Positions 6,794 to 13,132 of a stretch of DNA of 16,280 nt are shown piece by piece (within the stretch, counting starts at the first letter, position 1; every line of letters starts with the position of its first letter). Position numbers and translations under genes: made by a program. Source of the DNA: an uncultured bacterium (GTDB lineage Bacteria > Lernaellota > Lernaellaia > Lernaellales > Lernaellaceae); assembly GCA_964534375.1 (NCBI GenBank), contig CAZHPN010000143.1, forward strand, positions 1 to 16,280, given 5' to 3'. The notes beneath the pieces were generated by a model. That model saw nothing but the letters and a program-made list of their open reading frames with translations. It made no database searches and was not told the DNA's origin.

Positions 6794-7990
6794 ATGGAGT
6801 TGGATCTCGAAAAAACGATGGCCGCGATTCTCGCCGGTTGTCACGAAGTCGTGCCCGAGGACGCAATGCGCGCCAAGGTTGCCAACGCGCTCGCGAAGCA
6901 ACGGCCGTTGCGGATCAAGACCGGCATCGACCCGACCTCGCCCGACGTGCACCTCGGCCACCTCGTGCCGTACGGCAAAATGCGTCAACTGCAAGACCTC
7001 GGTCACATCGGCGTGGTGGTCATCGGCGACTACACGGCGCGCATCGGCGACCCATCCGGAAAAGACTCGACGCGCCCGGCGCTGACCGCGGAATACGTGC
7101 ACGAGAACGCGCAGAAATATATGGAACAGCTTTACACCGTGCTCGACCGCACGCGCACCGAGGTTCGTTGGCAGTCGGAGTGGTACGACAAGTTCGATTT
7201 GGCGGCGACGCTGCGCCTGCTGCAAGAGATGACGCTGGGAAAAACGCTGCAGCACGACACCTTCCGCACGCGCTATGAACAGAACCGGCCGCTGGGTTTG
7301 CATGAGCTCTGCTATCCGTTGCTGCAAGGCTACGATTCGGTCGCGATCGAAGCCGACATCGAAATGGGCGATCCGGCGCAGAAGTTCAACATCCTGGTCG
7401 GCCGCGACCTAATGGAGCGGCGCGGGATGGAGCCGCAGGTCGCGCTGCTGATGCCGACGCTGACCGGCCTCGACGGCGTCGAGAAAATGTCGAAGAGCCT
7501 GGGCAACCACGTCGGCGTGCTGATGTCGGCCGAGGACCAATACGGTCGCACGATGTCGATGCCCGACCGCGTGATGGAGAACTGGCATCAACTTTTCCTG
7601 GGCCTGACCGGCGAGGCGCTCGCGGCGGCGAAGGCCCAAATCGAGGCCGACCCGATGGGAGCCAAGCGCGAACTGGCGCACGCCGTCGTCGCCCGATTCC
7701 ACGGTCCGGCGGCGGCCGATGCGGCGGCGGACGACTTCCGGCGCAAGTTCAGCGAACGCACGCTGGAGTTGGGCGACATCCCCGAAGTGCGGCTGGCGGA
7801 TTTCACGCCGCCCTCGGCGACGCAGATCATCGCCAAGACACTGGGCTTGAGCAACACCGAGGCCCGGCGGCTGGTCAAGGGCGGCGGCGTGAAGCTGGAC
7901 AACGAGCGCGTGGTTGACGCCGAAGCCCCGCTGACGCGGCCCGGAGTGCTCAAGGTCGGCAAGAAGAAATGGCTCCGGCTGATTGGTTGA
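6794..7990 (+). CDS. tyrS: Tyrosine--tRNA ligase (class Ic, bacterial type 2 subfamily) with C-terminal S4-like domain
   Basis: KTGIDPTSPDVHLGH (HIGH motif, 6950-6961), IGDYTARIGDPSG, YPLLQGYDSV, KMSKS (7484-7498), S4-like SNTEARRLVKGGGVKLD...LKVGKKK. Confidence 0.95.
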   Translation: MELDLEKTMAAILAGCHEVVPEDAMRAKVANALAKQRPLRIKTGIDPTSPDVHLGHLVPYGKMRQLQDLGHIGVVVIGDYTARIGDPSGKDSTRPALTAEYVHENAQKYMEQLYTVLDRTRTEVRWQSEWYDKFDLAATLRLLQEMTLGKTLQHDTFRTRYEQNRPLGLHELCYPLLQGYDSVAIEADIEMGDPAQKFNILVGRDLMERRGMEPQVALLMPTLTGLDGVEKMSKSLGNHVGVLMSAEDQYGRTMSMPDRVMENWHQLFLGLTGEALAAAKAQIEADPMGAKRELAHAVVARFHGPAAADAAADDFRRKFSERTLELGDIPEVRLADFTPPSATQIIAKTLGLSNTEARRLVKGGGVKLDNERVVDAEAPLTRPGVLKVGKKKWLRLIG

Positions 7991-8016
7991 CAGTACGAGC
8001 GCGAAGCTGCTAGCAT
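7987..8016 (+). promoter_or_regulatory. Putative sigma70 promoter for the lipoprotein/OmpA operon, overlapping the tyrS stop codon
   Basis: TTGACA (7987-7992, contains the tyrS TGA), 18 bp spacer, extended -10 TGcTAGCAT (8008-8016). Confidence 0.55.
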
Positions 8017-8073
8017 TCGGCGGTCAAGCGCTGTCGTTTTTTCGTTCATGGTCCCGTCGAGGGGGGTGTTTCG

Positions 8074-8769
8074 ATGATCCGCCGGATCGTCCCCGCGTCC
8101 GCCGTCATGGCGATCCTTGCGATCGCCGCATTGTTGTTGGTTGGCTGCGCCGCCGAAAATCAGGTGAACGTGGCCGCCCGCGCCGTAGCTTCCGCCAAAT
8201 CTGTCGAGGCCGATGTGCTCGCGCCCTATGAATTTACGAGCGCGGAACTCTACCTCGCAGAAGCGACCGAGGAGCTTCACGAATCCGACTTCGACTCCGC
8301 CGCACGGTTCGCGGACAAAGCCCGGACCATGGCGACGGCCGCCGAGCAGAAGGCGCGCCTGGCCCACGCCAAGCCGATGGTCCCCTGGGCGGATCGGCCG
8401 GAAGGCGCCGTCGCGCCTGCCGCGCCGCCGGCCCCGCCGGCCGCCGCTGCGCCGGCGAAAGTGAAGCCGGCCCCGCCCGCGGCGTCCGTCGGGCCGAAAG
8501 CGGTCACGCCGACGCCGCCGACCAAACCGGCCGCCGCGACGCCGCCTGTGGCGAAACCGGCCGCGGCGACGCCGCCTGCGGCGAAGCCGGCCGCGCCGAC
8601 GCCGCCCCCCGCCGTGAAGCCGCCGCCGGCGGCGCCGACGCCGCCGCCCCCGCCGCCGCCGCCGCCGAAAAAGAAACCGATTCAGCCGACGGATGAATAT
8701 CCGCTCGGCGATCCGGGCGACGAACCGCCGCCTGCGGGCGGATCGCAGTTGCAAGGAGGCGCCCAATGA
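8074..8769 (+). CDS. Lipoprotein with a DUF4398-like helical domain and a long Pro/Ala/Lys-rich tail
   Basis: Signal peptide with lipobox LLVGC; ADVLAPYEFTSAELYLAEA...AARFADKA is DUF4398-like; low-complexity C-terminal half. Confidence 0.8.
   Translation: MIRRIVPASAVMAILAIAALLLVGCAAENQVNVAARAVASAKSVEADVLAPYEFTSAELYLAEATEELHESDFDSAARFADKARTMATAAEQKARLAHAKPMVPWADRPEGAVAPAAPPAPPAAAAPAKVKPAPPAASVGPKAVTPTPPTKPAAATPPVAKPAAATPPAAKPAAPTPPPAVKPPPAAPTPPPPPPPPPKKKPIQPTDEYPLGDPGDEPPPAGGSQLQGGAQ
8521..8610 (+). repeat. Three imperfect 30-bp coding tandem repeats (xKPAA[A/P]TPPx)
   Basis: ACCAAACCGGCCGCCGCGACGCCGCCTGTG / GCGAAACCGGCCGCGGCGACGCCGCCTGCG / GCGAAGCCGGCCGCGCCGACGCCGCCCCCC. Confidence 0.85.
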
Positions 8770-9518
8770 CGTGCCGGCGCATCATTTCGATTTTCGTGGC
8801 GGTCGCTCTCCTGACGTTGTCGATCGCGGGTTGCGACACCGGCCGCCAGTTGGCGGCGCAGATGGAAACGCTGCGGCAGCAACTTGCGGACATCCGGCAA
8901 CAGGGCGCGCAGATTTGCGCGCCGCATGAATACGCCGCCGCCGAGGCCCATCTCGATTTTGCGCGAGAGGAATGGGCCGAGCGGGAATACATCGCGTGCG
9001 AAGATCACGTCGTCGTCGTGCGGCAGCAGATCGAGGCGTCGAAAAAGTGGCTGGCCAACTGCATCGAGCCGGAGCCGCCGCCGCCGCCGCCCCCCCCGCC
9101 GCCGCCGCCGCCGCCGCCGCCGCCCCCGCCGCCGCCGCCCGAGGGCAAATACACGAAGGTGACGGACAATTCGGTGGAACTGCTGCAGAAGATCCAATTC
9201 GACACCAACAAGGCGACGATCAAGCCCGACAGCTATCCGATTCTCGACGAAATCGCCGAGATCCTCCAGCGTCCGACCAGCAAAACCTGGAACGTGCGCG
9301 TCGAGGGGCACACCGACACGGTCGGCGGCCGGGCCAAGAACATGAAACTTTCGCAGGCCCGCGCCGACTCCTGCCGCGATTACCTCGTTCGCAAGGGCGT
9401 CGACGCGAACCGGCTCACCGCCGTGGGTTATGGTCCCGACCGGCCGATCGCCAGCAACAACACGGCCGTTGGCAAAGAGAAGAACCGCCGCGTCGAGTTC
9501 AAGATCGTCTCGAAATGA
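8766..9518 (+). CDS. OmpA-family peptidoglycan-binding lipoprotein (DUF4398-like N-domain, polyproline linker, OmpA C-domain)
   Basis: Lipobox IAGC; CAPHEYAAAEAHL; OmpA motifs IQFDTNKATI, VEGHTD, NMKLSQARA, VGYG, NRRVEF. ATGA overlap with the upstream gene. Confidence 0.93.
   Translation: MTCRRIISIFVAVALLTLSIAGCDTGRQLAAQMETLRQQLADIRQQGAQICAPHEYAAAEAHLDFAREEWAEREYIACEDHVVVVRQQIEASKKWLANCIEPEPPPPPPPPPPPPPPPPPPPPPPEGKYTKVTDNSVELLQKIQFDTNKATIKPDSYPILDEIAEILQRPTSKTWNVRVEGHTDTVGGRAKNMKLSQARADSCRDYLVRKGVDANRLTAVGYGPDRPIASNNTAVGKEKNRRVEFKIVSK
9075..9140 (+). repeat. (CCG/CCC)n trinucleotide repeat encoding 22 consecutive prolines
   Basis: 66 bp of uninterrupted CCG/CCC codons between GAG (9072-9074) and GAG (9141-9143). 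Confidence 0.95.
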
Positions 9519-10795
9519 CCGTTTCGCTCCAGCCGCTCAAGGGCCGCCGCTTTTCGGGCGGCCCTTTTCTATTGCTGCTTGCGGCGTTGCTCGCCACTGT
9601 TTCATTGGCGGCTGCCGACGACGATCCGTCGCTGCCTTACAACATGCGCCCCGCGCTCGACCGCATCGCCCAGCTCAAAAAAGCCGCGACGCCCGATTTG
9701 TCGGCGCTGCAGTTGGCCTACCTGACGTTGTTCGAAAACTTCCCGCGCCACCAAAAGGGCAAGGAAGGCATTTTCGAGCTCTATCATTTGATGCGCCGCA
9801 ATCAACGCACCGATCAGGCGTATGCCGCGCTGATGAAGATCGAAGCCGTTTACCAGGACTTTGAAACGATGGCGTATCCGGCCCGCTCCGCGCAGCTTGT
9901 CGGCATGGTCGCGACGGCGCGGCTCGAGGAGGCGTTCCTATACGCCTCGCAGATGAAGAACCCTTTTCACGCCATTGACACCGTGAACGCGGTGCTGGCG
10001 CGGTACCGCGAGCAATGGGTCGGCCTCGACGCGCCGGATCGCGCATATCTCGGGCGCGTCGACACCGTCGCCCGGCTGCACCTCGCCGGCTATCGCCTGC
10101 AGGCCGACCAAACCAACCAGGCGACGACGGATTTGCTCGCGCTCGCGCATGACTGGCCGGGCGAGACCCTGATGCAGAACGGCGTTGAACAAAAGGCGTC
10201 GATCGCCGCGGTCCGGGCGCTGCAACCGGCGCTCGCGGCCATGCCCGCCAGCCTCGCGAAAAAGCTGCGGTTAATCGAGACGTTCGACCAGACCGTGATC
10301 GACGAAACCGCGCGCGTCTGGCTCGCCTTCACCCGCGCCGAACTCGACCTCGCCGATTTTCAGACCGAACAGAACCGCGGCTCGTACGCCGACGGCATTG
10401 CGGCGCTGCGCGACATCGTCGAGAAGCACCCCGCCCCGACGATCGCCGACGCGGAAGGCGAAGAACCGGCCGGCGTCCGGGCGTTGCGCCGGCTGCGCGA
10501 CGCCGAGGCGCGCCTCGGCGACAACGCGGCGCAGGCGGGGCAGACGCTCGAGGGTTACTACGCCCGCTTCGGCGCCGACGCCCGGCAGCGGACGCTCGCC
10601 GCGTACGCGTTGCTCTTTCTCGCGGAATTGGACCTCGACTTCCGCCATAACGCGCCCGCCGCCTACAAAGAATTCATGCTGGTCGCCGAACGTTACGGCG
10701 ACATCCTGCTCTATCCGCAAACCGCGGAAAACAAAGACCGGACCGTGAAGGAGCATGCCTTGGTTTGGGCTGCTCGCGCACAGAAGAAGATGTGA
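9515..10795 (+). CDS. Secreted helical-repeat (TPR-like) protein of unknown function
   Basis: ATG 9515 overlaps the ompA stop (ATGA). Signal peptide FLLLLAALLATVSLAAA-DDD. Recurring helix-end motifs LFENFP, VLARYR, LAHDWP, IVEKHP, VAERYG resemble BamD/CpoB-type TPR units. The ORF-track start at 8972 is an artefactual extension. Confidence 0.75.
   Translation: MTVSLQPLKGRRFSGGPFLLLLAALLATVSLAAADDDPSLPYNMRPALDRIAQLKKAATPDLSALQLAYLTLFENFPRHQKGKEGIFELYHLMRRNQRTDQAYAALMKIEAVYQDFETMAYPARSAQLVGMVATARLEEAFLYASQMKNPFHAIDTVNAVLARYREQWVGLDAPDRAYLGRVDTVARLHLAGYRLQADQTNQATTDLLALAHDWPGETLMQNGVEQKASIAAVRALQPALAAMPASLAKKLRLIETFDQTVIDETARVWLAFTRAELDLADFQTEQNRGSYADGIAALRDIVEKHPAPTIADAEGEEPAGVRALRRLRDAEARLGDNAAQAGQTLEGYYARFGADARQRTLAAYALLFLAELDLDFRHNAPAAYKEFMLVAERYGDILLYPQTAENKDRTVKEHALVWAARAQKKM
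9539..9570 (+). terminator. Intrinsic terminator-like hairpin after the OmpA gene
   Basis: AAGGGCCGCC (9539-9548)/GGCGGCCCTT (9557-9566) perfect 10-bp stem, 8-nt loop, ending in TTTTCTATT. Confidence 0.7.
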
Positions 10796-10796
10796 C

Positions 10797-11789
10797 ATGA
10801 TCGTTCGTTGCACCCATTGCGGAAAAAGCTCGCGCGTCGCCGCCGAGGGTTTTTTCCGTTGCCCGCATTGCCGGCAGATTTTTCAGGCGAAGGCCGCCGA
10901 TTGGGTCGCGGAACCGCGGGCCGGCGTCGCGCCGTCGCTGGTCTATGACGACGAACCGGCGCCGACCGAACCGCTCGGCGAAGGGACGCCCGCGGCCGAG
11001 CCGCCGTCGCCGACCTCGGCGCCGCCGCTGTGCGAACGTTGCGGAAACTACCAGGCGACCACCGTCTGCCGCGAATGCGGCTTGCTGGTTTGCACCGCGT
11101 GCGCGGAGCCGTCCGGACCGGGCCAGGCGTTGTGCCGCGCCCATCTGCGCGAGGCGGAGAGGAGTTCCCCGGAAAATCGTCCTTTCTCGTTGCTGGTCAA
11201 TTTGCTGTCACGGCCCGCGGCGACAATTGCGCAGATCTTGCCGGATGCACGGCTGTTCGGCCGCGCCCTGACGTTCTACCTGTTGACGGGCATGTTCGGC
11301 GTGATTTGCCGCGAGGTTTACGCCGCGGCGCTGCCCGAGCCGTTCGGCGACCCCACCGCCGCCCTGTTCGCCTATGCCTTCCCGTTCCTGCAGTCCGAGC
11401 CCTCCACCACGGCGACGATCATGTCGATCGTGGTCGCGCCGCTGGGACTGTTGGCGGCGCTGTTCCTGCAGGGGCTGTTTTTTCACGCGGCGTTCCGGTT
11501 GACGGGCGCGGGCAAGGGCGGCCTGACGGTGACGTGCAAAGCTCTGGCCTACGCGGCCGGCGCGTCGTCGGTGCTCTTCGCTCTGCCCGTGATTGGCGCG
11601 TTCCTGTCCGCGGCGTACGGCATCGTCTTGACGGTCATCGGCGCCGCCAAGCTGCACCGTTCCAGTTACGGACGCGTGCTGCTGTCGATACTGCTGTTGA
11701 TTTTCCTGGCGGCGCTGATCGGCGCGGTCGCAATGAATCTGCTGCCGGGCGCCGGCGACGTCGTCAAAGGCGCCGGCAAACTGATCTGA
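10797..11789 (+). CDS. Zinc-ribbon + B-box-like Zn finger + Yip1-like membrane-domain protein
   Basis: CTHC..CPHC; acidic Pro-rich linker; CERC..CREC..CTAC..CRAH; then about five TM segments with Yip1-like motifs (LLSRP, FHAAFRLTG, ALAYA, AKLHRSSYGR). ATG lies 1 nt after the upstream stop. Confidence 0.75.
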   Translation: MIVRCTHCGKSSRVAAEGFFRCPHCRQIFQAKAADWVAEPRAGVAPSLVYDDEPAPTEPLGEGTPAAEPPSPTSAPPLCERCGNYQATTVCRECGLLVCTACAEPSGPGQALCRAHLREAERSSPENRPFSLLVNLLSRPAATIAQILPDARLFGRALTFYLLTGMFGVICREVYAAALPEPFGDPTAALFAYAFPFLQSEPSTTATIMSIVVAPLGLLAALFLQGLFFHAAFRLTGAGKGGLTVTCKALAYAAGASSVLFALPVIGAFLSAAYGIVLTVIGAAKLHRSSYGRVLLSILLLIFLAALIGAVAMNLLPGAGDVVKGAGKLI

Positions 11790-11802
11790 GCCAGAGGCGA
11801 AC

Positions 11803-12183
11803 GTGGCGGAATTAGATGCGGCGACGCCGGAAACCGGTTACTTCGGCCTGCTCTTCCAGTCGCTTTTCCACCCGGTCGAAACCTTCTCGCAAATGTTGCC
11901 GGACGGCCGGCGCAATAGCTGAGTTTTCGTTTTCTCGCTGATTTTCTTTTGTTTCAACGGCGTATTTTCCGTTTTGTACGCGTGCGCGCTGCCGCAGCCG
12001 TGGGGCCACGGCGGCGCAATCTTCCGGCTCGCCAACGAAATTCACGACCCCGTTGCGGCAAAATTCGTCATCCTCGCCGCGAAGCTGCATCGCACGACGT
12101 ACGGCCGCGCGCCGGCCGCCGTGTTGTTGTCGGCCGCGTTACTCGTCGGCTTCGTTTTCGCGCTTATCCATCTATTTTCCTAA
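11803..12183 (+). pseudogene. Decayed tandem paralog of the Yip1-like domain (nonsense codon plus internal deletion)
   Basis: From GTG 11803: ...LFHPVETFSQMLPDGRRNS*VFVF...LYACALPQPWG...VILAAKLHRTTYGR, aligning with upstream LSRPAATIAQILPDARLFGRALTF...VYAAALPEPFG...VIGAAKLHRSSYGR. In-frame TGA at 11920-11922; central part about 75 aa shorter. Confidence 0.75.
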
Positions 12184-12254
12184 TAGACATCGGCCGAATC
12201 GGCATCGTGCGCGGCGGCGAAGCTGGATCGGCGGCAACCAACAGTCGTTGCGCG

Positions 12255-12932
12255 CTATTTCTTCTGCACCCACGCCGGGTTTTCGCAGCGGTTCTTCACG
12301 GCGTGCAGCACCATGAGGCTGGCGCTGACATTGATCGCCGTTTCCATGCTCGGATCCTTGGCAAGAAACGACCCCAGGCCGGGCACGGCGTTGGAGACGT
12401 CCGAATACACCGAATAAAACGCGGCCGTGCGTTTGCCGCCCTCGATCGACATCAACCGCCAGGAGCCGAACGATTTGCGGATTTTGTTGCCCTTGCTGGA
12501 CAGCAGGTTCCAGGAGATCTCCTGCGGCGATTTGAGCGTCTGCCGCATGACATATTCGACGGACCAGCTAAAGACCAGGAACTTGAATTTGATGACGTAG
12601 CGGATATCTTGCACATTGCCGTTGGTCGCGACGACCTCGCACTCCTCGGTGCTGGGCATGAACTGTGGGTAATGCGCGTAATCCGTGATTGTTTTGTAGA
12701 CCGCGTCGGGCGGCTGGTCGATGAGAATGCCGGCGGTCGTGATTTGCAGCCGTCCGCCGGGCCCCTCGCGGATCGCCACGAGTTCGCCGTTGGCCATCAG
12801 ATTGGCCAGCGTTTCTTTGTTGATGCCCGGCCCTTCGAGCGCCACGGCCGTGTCGACCGTCTGCCCGAACGCCGCCGCCGCCGCGCCGATCACGAAGGCC
12901 GCGCAGACGACCGCGGTCAGAAAGCGCTTCAT
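12255..12932 (-). CDS. Secreted START/SRPBCC (polyketide cyclase/lipid-binding) family protein
   Basis: SD GGAGG 7 nt before ATG 12932. Signal peptide MKRFLTAVVCAAFVIGAAAAAFG; IDQPPDAVYKTITDYAHYPQFMP and GSWRL are SRPBCC hallmarks. Confidence 0.85.
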   Translation of the reverse strand: MKRFLTAVVCAAFVIGAAAAAFGQTVDTAVALEGPGINKETLANLMANGELVAIREGPGGRLQITTAGILIDQPPDAVYKTITDYAHYPQFMPSTEECEVVATNGNVQDIRYVIKFKFLVFSWSVEYVMRQTLKSPQEISWNLLSSKGNKIRKSFGSWRLMSIEGGKRTAAFYSVYSDVSNAVPGLGSFLAKDPSMETAINVSASLMVLHAVKNRCENPAWVQKK

Positions 12933-12970
12933 CACCGATCCTCCGTCGCTTGGGGTTGGAAACCGCGGGC

Positions 12971-12999
12971 ATTGTAACGCATGGCGCCCGCGCGTTGAA
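12971..12999 (-). promoter_or_regulatory. Putative promoter of the SRPBCC gene
   Basis: Minus strand TTCAAC, 17 bp spacer, TACAAT. Confidence 0.35.
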
Positions 13000-13025
13000 T
13001 GCCCGCCGCGCGCCGCAAAACGGCA

Positions 13026-13054
13026 GTGCTTTTTTCGGAGGCGCGTGCTAAGAT
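13026..13054 (+). promoter_or_regulatory. Putative extended -10 promoter of the ABC permease gene
   Basis: GTGCTT (13026-13031), 17 bp spacer, TAAGAT (13049-13054), with TG at 13046-13047. Confidence 0.45.
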
Positions 13055-13132
13055 AACCAAAATTCGTTTAGCGCCATGCCGCCCGTGCGCTTCCCGCGCG
13101 CCGCGGCGAGCTTCGCGTGAGGATGGCCGCTG

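Noticed and set aside
6794..7990. Cyclodipeptide synthase or truncated aaRS-like paralog
   Set aside because: HLGH, KMSKS and the C-terminal anticodon/S4 domains are all present, whereas CDPSs lack them.
8972..9514. N-terminal 181-aa extension of the 607-aa ORF
   Set aside because: Overlaps the OmpA gene out of frame; the signal peptide and ATGA coupling point to a start at 9515.
9542..9560. Tat signal (GRRFS) in the TPR-like protein
   Set aside because: Does not fit S/T-R-R-x-F-L-K; the RR is equally explained by the GC-rich terminator stem.
11920..11970. Selenocysteine read-through of the in-frame TGA
   Set aside because: The TGA aligns with Arg, not Cys, and the downstream sequence is T-rich with no SECIS-like hairpin.
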